Positions 28,563 to 38,501 of a stretch of 64,000 nt of DNA are shown in pieces; positions within the stretch are counted from its first letter, which is position 1; every line of letters starts with the position of its first letter. The translations under genes and the position numbers were made by a program. The stretch comes from a virus. Taxonomy: Duplodnaviria > Heunggongvirae > Uroviricota > Caudoviricetes. The notes below the pieces were generated by a model, which saw only the letters and a program-made list of their open reading frames with translations, searched no databases and was not told the origin of the DNA. The DNA is taken from IMG/VR virus record IMGVR_UViG_3300032291_002057, positions 14,305 through 78,304 of that record; one strand, 5' to 3'.

Positions 28563-28835
28563 ATGTCTGCACTAGTTGAATACACATTGGAACTGTACAA
28601 ATCTGACAAACGTGTTAAGGGCGGTAAGCGTCTGGTCACTAAAGAAGAATTTGCCCCTGTCACTAGAGCCTACATCAAGGCTGTGATTGAAGCTAAAACT
28701 AAGTTGGGTTTTATTGTAGAACCCCATGAGACTTTTGTTACCAAACGCAACATGATGACTGGTAAGACTTACCAGGAACGTTACGATACTCCTTATTTCT
28801 GTTCTCCTTCTAGCGAATCTTACTGGAGCAACTAA
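28563..28835 (+). CDS. hypothetical small protein (cassette gene)
   Basis: CAAGGAG RBS; 90 aa. Confidence 0.5.
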   Translation: MSALVEYTLELYKSDKRVKGGKRLVTKEEFAPVTRAYIKAVIEAKTKLGFIVEPHETFVTKRNMMTGKTYQERYDTPYFCSPSSESYWSN

Positions 28836-29485
28836 TGCCTAAGTATCAGAAACCTGTTCTTAATTTTAATGCCGATGATGTTTGGGCCGCGGCATGTCAG
28901 GCCCAACGAGTCAATGGTGCGTATGTTAAACTGAGTGTGTCGTCCGAATCTGATCCTAGTATGGATCGAAAATCTAATCGCCAACTGGTAGAATTATTGT
29001 TGGCAGACACTACACAAATTACTGACGAGGATCGTGAGCAGGCTAAAACGGTTCGCAAGTATTATCAAGCACTTACCTTTAAAATCCTTAAGGGAATTAA
29101 ATTGAGTGAGTTTGATAACACTGCAATGCTTATTGCCAATCGTGATATCATTGATAGTAATTATGATGTGGCAGTTATGGCAAGTTTGCCAAGTTGCTAT
29201 GAGCGTAGTATCAAGCGTGATAGTGTTGATCAACGTATTACTTTTGCTAACGGCGGCTATGTAGGTTGTCCCGGTGACAAAGTAACTCACCAAGTAGAAG
29301 TACTCAAGTGTTTTTATTCTCAGAAATGGGATACTCACTATGTAACAGGTATTACTGAGGCAGAACAAGTATTTTTCTTTGCTTATAAAAATCCCGTTGA
29401 TCTTGGTAGTACAATTAAAATTCAAGGCACTGTCAAAGCACATCGGGATAACTCAACTCAACTTAATCGTGTAAAGGTGATATAA
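28835..29485 (+). CDS. hypothetical protein
   Basis: 216-aa ORF with TAATG overlap. Confidence 0.5.
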   Translation: MPKYQKPVLNFNADDVWAAACQAQRVNGAYVKLSVSSESDPSMDRKSNRQLVELLLADTTQITDEDREQAKTVRKYYQALTFKILKGIKLSEFDNTAMLIANRDIIDSNYDVAVMASLPSCYERSIKRDSVDQRITFANGGYVGCPGDKVTHQVEVLKCFYSQKWDTHYVTGITEAEQVFFFAYKNPVDLGSTIKIQGTVKAHRDNSTQLNRVKVI

Positions 29486-29625
29486 TGTCTAAATTGTTTA
29501 TTGGTTTTATTCTTGGCGTAGTCGTAAGTTCAGTAGGCTTTAGTGGTATTGCACGTATGCTTGACAACGGGGTAAATAAAGTGAAAGAAGTTTCACAGGA
29601 GCAAATCAAGTAATGAAAGAAATTA

Positions 29626-29853
29626 ATGCATCCGGTATTTAAAGATATTATTATAATTATTATTGCAGTTGGTACTATACTTTTTTGGCTAGAACCGGAT
29701 GAAGAAGAATATGAAGAGGATCCTGATACTGTTACCATAGAATATCGTTGTTCTCTTATTGAAGAATACAACAATGTTCCACAGGCAGTAAAAGAAGAAT
29801 GTTTAAATCGTAATCGTTTTAATAATTCTACAGAAAACAAAGATACAATTTAA
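29626..29853 (+). CDS. small membrane protein with acidic C-terminal domain
   Basis: TM segment IIIIIIAVGTILFWL followed by an EEEYEEDPD stretch. Confidence 0.35.
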   Translation: MHPVFKDIIIIIIAVGTILFWLEPDEEEYEEDPDTVTIEYRCSLIEEYNNVPQAVKEECLNRNRFNNSTENKDTI

Positions 29854-29863
29854 AGGAAAAAAA

Positions 29864-31213
29864 ATGTCAGCAAGTTGGATTCGTAAGTTAAACGAGAGTG
29901 ATAGTCGCCTTCATAAAGAAGATGTAATTTTGCAGGCGCTTGAGGCAAGTGTCCTAGGTAGCAGTAACGCTATCAATTTCTTGTCATTTACTAAAGCATG
30001 TTACAATCCTTATGTGACGTTTGGTGTTCGTCAAGTGCCAGACACAGTTGGTATTACTGATGCAGAAAATCCTTGGGAAGAGTTTAACGAGTTGATGCTA
30101 CAACTTAGTCAACGTAGATTGACCGGACATGCCGCACGTGATGCTATTCAAAGTATGGCTGAACGATTTGATAGTGATGAGTGGAATACATTCTTAGCAC
30201 CTGTATTGCGTAGAGACTTACGTGCAGGTATTAGTGATAAGACAATTAACAAAATTTGTAAAAAAACAGATTATGAAATTCCTGTATTTGGTTGTCAACT
30301 AGCAACCAATAGTGAAGGTCGCCCTGAGATGAAAGGCATCAAACGTCTTGAACCTAAACTTGACGGTGTGCGTATGTTGTTGATGGTTATCCCAGGTGCA
30401 AGTGAAGGTGTAACTACTATTTGTTTTAGTCGTAATGGAAAACAGTTTGATAACTTTGGTCACATTGAAGAACAAGTACGTGACAATTGGGTTAAGATTG
30501 TTCGTGCATGTAAAGGGGTAGATCAAGGTCGTAGTTTGATTGATGGTTTTGTACTTGATGGTGAAGTGATTGGTAATACATTCCAAGAACTAATGCGCCA
30601 AGCACGCCGCAAAACTGATGTCCAAGCTGATGACAGTGTGTTTAATATTTTTGATATTATTCCATTAAGTGATTTCCGTGAAGGACATTGGAATGCTCAA
30701 CTACGTAAACGTATTGCACTACTTGATGCAATGCGACCTGTTGTTGATACGATGCCCAACGTAGAACTATTACCTCACATCATGGTTGACTTAGATACAG
30801 CCGCAGGTCGTGATCAACTTGAACGTTATGCCAAAGACAACGTGAATGCAGGCTTTGAAGGCATTATGATTAAAGAGTTAGAAGCCCCATATGTCTGTAA
30901 ACGTAGTACAGACTGGATGAAATGGAAACCTACGATTACTGTAGACTTGGAGGTCATCGGTGTTGAAGAAGGTACAGGACGAAATATGGGAAGAGTTGGA
31001 GCTCTTGTTTGCGCCGGAATTGATGACGGTAAAGAGATCCATGTCAATGTTGGTAGTGGCTTTAGCGATACTGATAGAGATAATCTTTGGAGTGACCGCA
31101 ATTTGGTTATTGGTCGAACTTGTGAAATCTTGTGTGATGTAATTACACAAAATCGTGATGGTACATACAGTTTGCGATTCCCTCGCTTTGTTAGATTTAG
31201 GGATGATAAATGA
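29864..31213 (+). CDS. ATP-dependent DNA ligase
   Basis: Adenylation motif I KLDGVRM (K-x-DG-x-R); 449 aa; strong RBS AAAGGAAAAAAA-ATG. Confidence 0.85.
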   Translation: MSASWIRKLNESDSRLHKEDVILQALEASVLGSSNAINFLSFTKACYNPYVTFGVRQVPDTVGITDAENPWEEFNELMLQLSQRRLTGHAARDAIQSMAERFDSDEWNTFLAPVLRRDLRAGISDKTINKICKKTDYEIPVFGCQLATNSEGRPEMKGIKRLEPKLDGVRMLLMVIPGASEGVTTICFSRNGKQFDNFGHIEEQVRDNWVKIVRACKGVDQGRSLIDGFVLDGEVIGNTFQELMRQARRKTDVQADDSVFNIFDIIPLSDFREGHWNAQLRKRIALLDAMRPVVDTMPNVELLPHIMVDLDTAAGRDQLERYAKDNVNAGFEGIMIKELEAPYVCKRSTDWMKWKPTITVDLEVIGVEEGTGRNMGRVGALVCAGIDDGKEIHVNVGSGFSDTDRDNLWSDRNLVIGRTCEILCDVITQNRDGTYSLRFPRFVRFRDDK

Positions 31214-31422
31214 ACGAACGAATTAAAGAACTTTACGACCAGGCTAACATCCGTTATTCAGTATATGAAATATTGAAACCACGAGATGAACGAAAAAATA
31301 TTCCGGATATATTCGCCGAGTTGATTGTGCGGGAATGTGTCCAGGCCGTAAAAAATGTCGGTGGCTACAACGAAGACTATCATATGAATGCTATCAAAAA
31401 ATATTTCGGAGTTGAAGAATGA
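31210..31422 (+). CDS. MNERIKEL-family small protein (paralog 2)
   Basis: MNERIKELYDQ...FAELIVRECVQAV...KYFGVEE; ATGA overlap with ligase. Confidence 0.5.
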   Translation: MNERIKELYDQANIRYSVYEILKPRDERKNIPDIFAELIVRECVQAVKNVGGYNEDYHMNAIKKYFGVEE

Positions 31423-31604
31423 TTAAACTTTGGTTAGCATTTATTATTATCGCTGTTCTTATTCACTTTGGTATTACTGCTTTGAGAAATATGAATGGTT
31501 TGGAACAATTAGCCTTGACAAAAAGCATAGGATATAGTATACTTGTATCAATGGCAGCAGTAATGTTGATCACAGTATTTGTAATTTTATTTTAAAGGAA
31601 AAAC

Positions 31605-32408
31605 ATGAAACGTATTTTGACACTCTCCGTAATCGCAGCCTCTATCTTGATGACTGGCTGTACCCGTATTGAAACTGGTGAGGTTGGCTTGCGAGTTGGC
31701 TTTGACAAACAGATCAAGAATGAGGAATTGCTTCCGGGTTCATTTAATCAAATTATCATCGGAGAAGTACTTACTTTCCCGATCAAAGAAATCTCAGTCA
31801 AAGTTGAAGACATGACGCCATTGGCTAAAGACAACAGCACAATGAAAGACTTTGATACACTAGTTACTTATAACATCAATCAAGCACAAGTGGCTGAGAT
31901 TTATAATGCCAAGAACCGTAGCTTCCACGCTAATCATAATGGTGATGTTTACTTGATGTACAATTACATCTATAATGCCGCACGTAATGCTATCTACAAG
32001 GCATCACGTAAGTATGAAGCATTAGAAATGGGTGATGCACGGCAAGCAATGGAAACTGAAATCAAAGAACAGATCACACGCACCTTGGCAGAAGAAAAGT
32101 TAGATGGTACTATTGTAATTGGACAAGTGTTGATTCGTAACATTGTTCCAGCAGATAGTGTTGTTGCAAGTGCTAACGAATTGGTCAAGGCTAAAAACGA
32201 ATTCAAAACCGAAGAAGTTAAGGTAGCTACTGCCAAGAAACGCAATGAGTCTATGCAGGCTAACCCAATGGCTATTCCCTTGTTGATGGCAGAAGCACAA
32301 GCAGACGCAATGCGTAAGTTGCCGGATGCTATTGCTAGCTTTAAAGGTCAGACACTAGTTATTAACGGAGTAGTTACCCCCACAGTTCAAACTAATACAG
32401 GTAAGTAA
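31605..32408 (+). CDS. SPFH/band-7 (prohibitin/HflC-like) lipoprotein
   Basis: Lipobox LMTGC; ETGEVGLRVGFDKQI and downstream coiled-coil region typical of SPFH domain proteins; RBS AAAGGAAAAAC-ATG. Confidence 0.65.
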   Translation: MKRILTLSVIAASILMTGCTRIETGEVGLRVGFDKQIKNEELLPGSFNQIIIGEVLTFPIKEISVKVEDMTPLAKDNSTMKDFDTLVTYNINQAQVAEIYNAKNRSFHANHNGDVYLMYNYIYNAARNAIYKASRKYEALEMGDARQAMETEIKEQITRTLAEEKLDGTIVIGQVLIRNIVPADSVVASANELVKAKNEFKTEEVKVATAKKRNESMQANPMAIPLLMAEAQADAMRKLPDAIASFKGQTLVINGVVTPTVQTNTGK

Positions 32409-32430
32409 TATACAATTTTTAATTTAAACA

Positions 32431-32937
32431 ATGACAAATACTAATATTTACCTAGACATGGATGATGTAGTAGCCGATTGGTTAGTCTACGCACAAGAGT
32501 TTTTAAAGATGCGTTGGGACGAATCAAAAGGCGAACGCATCCCTCAAGCCGATTGGGATAGATTGAAAGAGAATGCACGATTCTACCGCAATTTGCCATT
32601 GAAGCCCGGAGCACACGAACTTGTTAATTGGTGTCGTACATATTGTGCGAGGACAGGTGCAAACTTGTACTTTTTAACAGCACTTCCCCATGACTATTCA
32701 ACACCTTATGCGGCAATGGATAAAGTCAATTGGGCGGCAGAACACTTTCCTGGTATCCCTGTCTTCTTGGGTCCTTTCAGCCATGATAAGTATCGTTATT
32801 GTAAAAGCCCAGAAGATATTTTAATTGATGACCGTCATTCAAACTGTCACGAATGGACAGCAGCCGGTGGGCGAAGTCATATCTATACTACTTGGGAAAA
32901 TTGCAAACCTTGGTTAGAATCAACATTAGGAGTTTAA
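32431..32937 (+). CDS. 5'(3')-deoxyribonucleotidase (HAD superfamily, NT5C family)
   Basis: N-terminal YLDMDDVVADW matches the NT5C D-M-D-G/D-V-L-A-D motif. Confidence 0.7.
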   Translation: MTNTNIYLDMDDVVADWLVYAQEFLKMRWDESKGERIPQADWDRLKENARFYRNLPLKPGAHELVNWCRTYCARTGANLYFLTALPHDYSTPYAAMDKVNWAAEHFPGIPVFLGPFSHDKYRYCKSPEDILIDDRHSNCHEWTAAGGRSHIYTTWENCKPWLESTLGV

Positions 32938-32938
32938 A

Positions 32939-33445
32939 ATGGTAACTATTGTAAAACATGAATGGCATCAACATGACCGCCAATATGCAATTGAACTTGA
33001 TGAAAGTTTGTTAGGTGAAATCTATCCTGACTTGGATGAAGATGAAATTGCTGAAAAATTAAAACAAATCGAAAACGGTGAAGTTGATTATGAAGAAGTT
33101 ATCAATGATGCATATGAAAACGATGTTGAAATTGAATGGGAGTTTCAATATGATGACTGTTGGACTGACCGTAAAGGTGGTTACGATGTTACATACGAAC
33201 TAGGTGATGAAGATAGTTGGCACATTGATCCGCCCCCACCAGAACCAACACACAAGTGTACTAAGTGTAAGTGGGTAGGTCAGAATTATGATGCTGATTG
33301 GCAATGGCAAGACAGTGATGGCAAAGACCTTGATGAACCAAAGAAAGTTTGCCCAATGTGCGACAGTGATACTGAATTAACCGAAGCCGGTATCAAAGAA
33401 GAAAAAGAAAAAGCAGAACGTGTTGCACGTTTAGCAATGGTGTAA
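32939..33445 (+). CDS. acidic protein with C-terminal zinc-ribbon (CTKC...CPMC)
   Basis: Four Cys in C-x2-C...C-x2-C spacing; D/E-rich. Confidence 0.45.
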   Translation: MVTIVKHEWHQHDRQYAIELDESLLGEIYPDLDEDEIAEKLKQIENGEVDYEEVINDAYENDVEIEWEFQYDDCWTDRKGGYDVTYELGDEDSWHIDPPPPEPTHKCTKCKWVGQNYDADWQWQDSDGKDLDEPKKVCPMCDSDTELTEAGIKEEKEKAERVARLAMV

Positions 33446-33449
33446 AATA

Positions 33450-33677
33450 ATGGCAGTTGCTGAATTAATGGGTAAAAAGTATATCTTTGAAGATGGTAAT
33501 GCAATTGAAGTTATTCAAGTAAAAAAGACTGATCCGGATAGGGGACATTTAATCACCTATCTGGTTCATCAAGGTGCTAACAACCTGCCACGTAAATTAG
33601 TTATGTCAACCAAAGAATTTAATGATAACTTTGGTCATTTGTTTGATGTTGACTTAACAGAAGATGACATATATTAG
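33450..33677 (+). CDS. hypothetical protein
   Basis: 75-aa ORF. Confidence 0.35.
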   Translation: MAVAELMGKKYIFEDGNAIEVIQVKKTDPDRGHLITYLVHQGANNLPRKLVMSTKEFNDNFGHLFDVDLTEDDIY

Positions 33678-35262
33678 TGGCTACAATAGAATAAATATAA
33701 AGATGTTTAAAAAATTATTTGGATTCTCCAACCTTACCTTATTAGTAGCACTTATATTAAGTACAATTGCCGCATGGTATAGTATCATAGGTTTAACTGC
33801 TATCTTTGCTGGGGCGGTTATACCCATTATTATTATGGGTTCAGCATTAGAACTTGCAAAGATAATCACAACCGTTTGGTTACGTAAGTACTGGACACGG
33901 TGTAACTGGATTATAAAAATGTATCTAGTGCCTGCTGTTATGGCACTAGCAATATTAACCAGCATGGGTATATTTGGATTCTTAAGTAAAGCACACTTAG
34001 ATCAAGGTGTGCCTACCAGTGATATTGCTGCCAAAGTTGCATTGTTTGATGAAAAGATTAAAACAGAACGAGACAATATAGAGACCAGCAGAAAAGCATT
34101 ACAACAAATGGATGCACAAGTTGATCAAATGTTAGGACGCACGGACAATGACAAAGGTGCTGAACGTGCTGTAACTATTCGTAGACAACAACAAAAAGAA
34201 CGAAGTGCCCTGCAAGCTGACATAGCTAAATCTCAAACTACTATTGCTAAATTAAATGAAGAACGAGCACCTATTGCTACCGAGTTACGTAAAGTAGAAG
34301 CCGAAGTAGGACCAATCAAATACATTGCGGCTTTGATATACGGAGATAATCCTGATGCAAATCTATTAGAACGTGCTGTGCGTTGGGTTATCATATTATT
34401 AGTTCTTGTATTTGACCCACTTGCCCTAATGTTAGTGATTGCGGCTAATCAAAGTCGTGAATGGGATAAGGAAGAAGAAAAAGAAAAAGAACTACAAGCA
34501 TTCATAGATAATAGCAAGGAAGTTGCACGTAGATTAGATTCAGGAGAAAGTCTAGAAGGTTTACCTGACGTAACCACAAATTATGAACCTGACGATGGCC
34601 CCTTGACTGACGAGCAAGTTGAACAACTTAAAAAATCAATAGAAGCATTTAAAGAAGAATCGGTACCAGAACCTATCAATTGCTATAAGTGTAATACTGA
34701 ATTGGTAGACGTTCCTAGTATAGGATTAGTTTGTCCAAATAAAGATTGTAAAGATTCTGAACTAGAAGAAGTTGAAGTTCGAGTAGAAGTCACTGAACCC
34801 ACAATCGACCAAGAAATAACAGCAGATTCATCCGTAGTAGTTACTGAAATAGAAACTGACGGTGTGACTACAGTAAAACCTTTTAAAGAATTAGAGGGCG
34901 GATATGTAGTATTTGACGGCAAGCATATGCATCGTGATGTATTGAAGGATTCACACCCAGATTTATTTAAATTAGTAGCAGACTCAGCAAGATCAAGTAA
35001 TACGAGTTTTGGAACTGATTTCCCAAAAACAGCAGAAAAGGGTGATACCTTCGTCAGGGTAGATGTATTACCAAATCGTGTATATAAATTCGACGGTATA
35101 CGTTGGATTGCAGTAAACAAGGAAATATCAACCAGTTACCTTCATGACCAAGAATATATCAAATTCTTGATTAAAATGATTGATAAGGGTGAATATGATG
35201 TTGAATTGTTGTCCGACACTGAAAAACAACAGATAGAAGAATATTTGACCCAAAATCGTTGA
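33664..35262 (+). CDS. membrane protein with N-terminal TM helices, central coiled coil and C-terminal zinc ribbon
   Basis: Hydrophobic helices at aa 20-110 and ~230-250; CYKCN...CPNKDC. Confidence 0.5.
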   Translation: MTYISGYNRINIKMFKKLFGFSNLTLLVALILSTIAAWYSIIGLTAIFAGAVIPIIIMGSALELAKIITTVWLRKYWTRCNWIIKMYLVPAVMALAILTSMGIFGFLSKAHLDQGVPTSDIAAKVALFDEKIKTERDNIETSRKALQQMDAQVDQMLGRTDNDKGAERAVTIRRQQQKERSALQADIAKSQTTIAKLNEERAPIATELRKVEAEVGPIKYIAALIYGDNPDANLLERAVRWVIILLVLVFDPLALMLVIAANQSREWDKEEEKEKELQAFIDNSKEVARRLDSGESLEGLPDVTTNYEPDDGPLTDEQVEQLKKSIEAFKEESVPEPINCYKCNTELVDVPSIGLVCPNKDCKDSELEEVEVRVEVTEPTIDQEITADSSVVVTEIETDGVTTVKPFKELEGGYVVFDGKHMHRDVLKDSHPDLFKLVADSARSSNTSFGTDFPKTAEKGDTFVRVDVLPNRVYKFDGIRWIAVNKEISTSYLHDQEYIKFLIKMIDKGEYDVELLSDTEKQQIEEYLTQNR

Positions 35263-35322
35263 TAGTGAATACGTTATATATTATACTATCTTTATTCTTT
35301 AACTACACCGAAAGGTAATTGT

Positions 35323-35946
35323 ATGAAACACACACTCACAACTATTGCGTTGGTTAGCTTGCTTTCCGCTTGCTCAAGCACTAAATCGGTTAATCCAGAT
35401 GAACCGATTCGCAATCAGAAACTTTCTACAAACTTTACTCAGGACAATATTAAAATTGAAACAAATTGTGCTTGGTATAAGCCTTGGAAAAGTGATTGTG
35501 AAGTTATCTCAATTGAAGCCACTGCTAGTACTTTTACTAATGGTGGAAGTACCGTACAAGTTAGCGAAGCACGTAAGGTTGCACGTATGGAAGCAAGTGC
35601 AAACGTTGCACATTTTCTTAATGAAGAAGTTACTAGTAATCGTGTAGTAAGCACTATGGCTAAACATATTGAAAAAGCCCAAGATAAAATGTCTAAAGGT
35701 GATAGTAGCGATAGTGACATGACTGACAAGGAAGCTAAAGCAACCAACAAGGCAATACGTGAGAATAGCAATGATACTGCACGAACTGTTACCCGAACAG
35801 TAAACACAAACGCAAAAACCATGCTTAAAGGCTTTTATGTAAAAGATGAAGGTAAGGCTGGTGATCAGGAAGTTTACGTTACTATTCGATGGGATAAAAA
35901 TAGTGACAGTACCGCAAGCCAATTACGTAAACGTTTCGGTAATTAA
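35323..35946 (+). CDS. lipoprotein
   Basis: Signal peptide with lipobox LLSACSS; 207 aa. Confidence 0.5.
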   Translation: MKHTLTTIALVSLLSACSSTKSVNPDEPIRNQKLSTNFTQDNIKIETNCAWYKPWKSDCEVISIEATASTFTNGGSTVQVSEARKVARMEASANVAHFLNEEVTSNRVVSTMAKHIEKAQDKMSKGDSSDSDMTDKEAKATNKAIRENSNDTARTVTRTVNTNAKTMLKGFYVKDEGKAGDQEVYVTIRWDKNSDSTASQLRKRFGN

Positions 35947-35948
35947 TT

Positions 35949-36938
35949 ATGAAAATGCTACTAAGCATAGTAGCATTTTTTTTGTTTGTGTTTAATGCCA
36001 ACGCCAGCAATTACATACGTGTAACAGGCGAGGGTGCTACATTAGAACATGCAAAAGAAAATGCTTTCACAGAAGCCATACAAATTCGTGTAGGTATGGT
36101 TGTACTCAGTGAACGTCAATCTAATTTACGTAAACTAGAAAAAGATATAATATCAGTTTATAGCGCGGGCTACGTTGATGACTTTAAAATAATTGATATT
36201 AGCCATACCTCCAGAACGGTCAAACTAACAGTTGATGTATTGGTTGCCGATAGCAAATTGTTTAATCAAACTCTTTCTACTGGTAAATCAAAAGATAGTA
36301 TTGACGGTGAAAGTGCCGGCGCTAGATATCAAACATACTTGAACCAAAAAAATAAAGGTGATAAGGTATTGAGCAGAGTATTAAATACCTATCCACAAAA
36401 TGCATTTATTGTAAATCAAAAACCCTATAGGTTATCAGTTGATAGTTTTAGAAATGCAGTATTAGAAGTACCGTATCAACTTAAATGGAACTATGATTAC
36501 ATAGTAGCATTGAATGAGGCTATGTCATTACTAGAAGATAGCAAGTTTAGTTTCTTACAAAAAGCACCTAGTAATGTTGTTATCATGGCAAAGAATCCTA
36601 AAGATTTACTTATAGGAGAAAAAAATCATTACAAGTTTAATGATATTCCCTTGCTTAATAACATCAAAGATTCAATGACGGGTGATAAAGAAGTCCGTAT
36701 TATGTTGACAATTGCTGACGTTTCTAATAAAATTCTATACAAGAACTGTTGGATACCTTATTCATTATCAGGTAGAAAATCTAGTTTTTATTCAATAGGA
36801 ATACCCGAAGCATTGATTATATACGGCAATGAAAAAGAGGAAAATGTATTGAGAATAGATATTCCCCCGTCACATGATTACGTGATACACCGTGCAAAAA
36901 ATGTGGAAGTTTCCGTAGTTCCACATAACAAATGTTAA
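35949..36938 (+). CDS. secreted protein
   Basis: Sec signal MKMLLSIVAFFLFVFNANAS; 329 aa. Confidence 0.5.
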   Translation: MKMLLSIVAFFLFVFNANASNYIRVTGEGATLEHAKENAFTEAIQIRVGMVVLSERQSNLRKLEKDIISVYSAGYVDDFKIIDISHTSRTVKLTVDVLVADSKLFNQTLSTGKSKDSIDGESAGARYQTYLNQKNKGDKVLSRVLNTYPQNAFIVNQKPYRLSVDSFRNAVLEVPYQLKWNYDYIVALNEAMSLLEDSKFSFLQKAPSNVVIMAKNPKDLLIGEKNHYKFNDIPLLNNIKDSMTGDKEVRIMLTIADVSNKILYKNCWIPYSLSGRKSSFYSIGIPEALIIYGNEKEENVLRIDIPPSHDYVIHRAKNVEVSVVPHNKC

Positions 36939-36974
36939 AAATAACAGAAGAAAATTAAAACGATAAATTAATAC

Positions 36975-38180
36975 ATGACCACTGATTCTAAACTAAACCA
37001 TTGCTCTTTTTGTAATACACATAAAGATAAAGTTAAAAAGCTAATTGTCGGAGATGATGTTGCAATTTGTAGTGACTGTATTGATTTATGCACCCAGCTT
37101 ATAGTTGATGATTCGTCAATTCCAGAAACCGAAACCAAACCAGAAGAAATAAAACACGACCCTTCATCTATTAAAGAATATTTAGATTTGCATGTGATTG
37201 GGCAAGACAGTGCAAAAGCAGTATTAAGCGTTGCTATTGCTAATCACTATAAACGTATTACTCATCCTCCTAAAGATTTAGAAATACAAAAAGGTAATGT
37301 ATTGATAATTGGACCCACTGGATCAGGTAAAACATTACTTGCTAAAACTGTCGCCAAATATCTCAAAGTGCCCTTTGTAGTAGCTGATGCTACGAGTTTG
37401 ACCGAAGCTGGATATGTGGGTGATGACGTTGAAAGTATGATTAGTATGCTAGTAAACGCCGCGGGCGGCGATGCTAAATTAGCTGAACGTGGTATTGTAT
37501 TTGTTGATGAAATTGACAAGATTGCACGTAAAAGTGAAGGATCTAGTATTACCCGTGATGTATCAGGTGAAGGTGTACAGCAAGCACTATTGAAATTAGT
37601 TGAAGGAACAGTATGTCGCATTCCAGCAGGTGGCGGAAGAAAACACCCCGGTGGTGACATGTTAGAAGTTAACACCAAAAATATTTTATTCATTGCAGGA
37701 GGAGCCTTTGTGGGATTGAAAGAAATTATCAACAATCGCACAAACGGAACAAGTATGGGATTTGGTGCTAAGATTAAAGATCAGAATACAGAGGGTGACT
37801 TAACATTAGTTACGCCTGATGACTTAACACGTTTTGGAATGATTCCTGAATTTATTGGACGATTTACAACCACAGTTAGTATTGGTGAACTAAGTAGAGA
37901 AGACCTTAAAAAGGTATTGACAGAAGTAAAAAATAATTACATCCAACAATATCAATATTTGTTGAGTATTGACGATATTGAGTTAACTTTTACAGACGAT
38001 GCACTTGACCAAATTGTAGATAATTGTCTTAAACTAAAAACAGGGGCACGTGGATTGCATACTGAAATTGAAAAAGTGTTGATGCCACACATGTTCAATA
38101 CTCGCAAATACCGTGAAAACAACATTAAAAAGATAAATATCAATCAGGAGCAAGTATTAAAACCAAAAGCAATTTTATGA
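36975..38180 (+). CDS. clpX: ATP-dependent Clp protease ATP-binding subunit ClpX
   Basis: N-terminal zinc-binding domain CSFC...CSDC; Walker A GPTGSGKTLLAKT; near full-length colinear match to ClpX including the IGF-loop region. Confidence 0.9.
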   Translation: MTTDSKLNHCSFCNTHKDKVKKLIVGDDVAICSDCIDLCTQLIVDDSSIPETETKPEEIKHDPSSIKEYLDLHVIGQDSAKAVLSVAIANHYKRITHPPKDLEIQKGNVLIIGPTGSGKTLLAKTVAKYLKVPFVVADATSLTEAGYVGDDVESMISMLVNAAGGDAKLAERGIVFVDEIDKIARKSEGSSITRDVSGEGVQQALLKLVEGTVCRIPAGGGRKHPGGDMLEVNTKNILFIAGGAFVGLKEIINNRTNGTSMGFGAKIKDQNTEGDLTLVTPDDLTRFGMIPEFIGRFTTTVSIGELSREDLKKVLTEVKNNYIQQYQYLLSIDDIELTFTDDALDQIVDNCLKLKTGARGLHTEIEKVLMPHMFNTRKYRENNIKKININQEQVLKPKAIL

Positions 38181-38398
38181 GTATATTAGGAAGACGAGTT
38201 ATAGTTACTGACGGAAACGTTGAAAAAGCCCTACGTAAATTTAAAAAGAAAATTAACGATTTGGGTTTGTTGCAAGAAGTGCGTGACCGTCAGGAATTTG
38301 TAAAACCTACTGTACAAAGAAAAATTGAAAAAGGTCTAGCTAAACGTAGATGGCAAAAATACTTGCGTGATCAAAGTCTTCCCAAGAAACTTTTTTAA
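38177..38398 (+). CDS. rpsU: 30S ribosomal protein S21
   Basis: EKALRKFKKK...LLQEVRDRQEFVKPTVQRK pattern matches the bS21 family; ATGA overlap with clpX. Confidence 0.8.
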   Translation: MSILGRRVIVTDGNVEKALRKFKKKINDLGLLQEVRDRQEFVKPTVQRKIEKGLAKRRWQKYLRDQSLPKKLF

Positions 38399-38501
38399 CC
38401 TAAATAATAGAATTTTTTGCGTATTTTTATTATAATAAATACGTATTCAGATGCCGATGGTCGGGTCTGAAAACAGTCATCTTGCTTAATAGGAGAAAAA
38501 A

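Noticed and set aside
35345-35922. Three overlapping ORFs (35345-35647 +, 35439-35822 -, 35509-35922 -) inside the lipoprotein gene
   Set aside because: Alternative-frame or antisense shadows of 35323-35946; hydrophobic junk composition.
37262-37741. 159-aa minus-strand ORF inside clpX
   Set aside because: Antisense to a near-perfect ClpX match.
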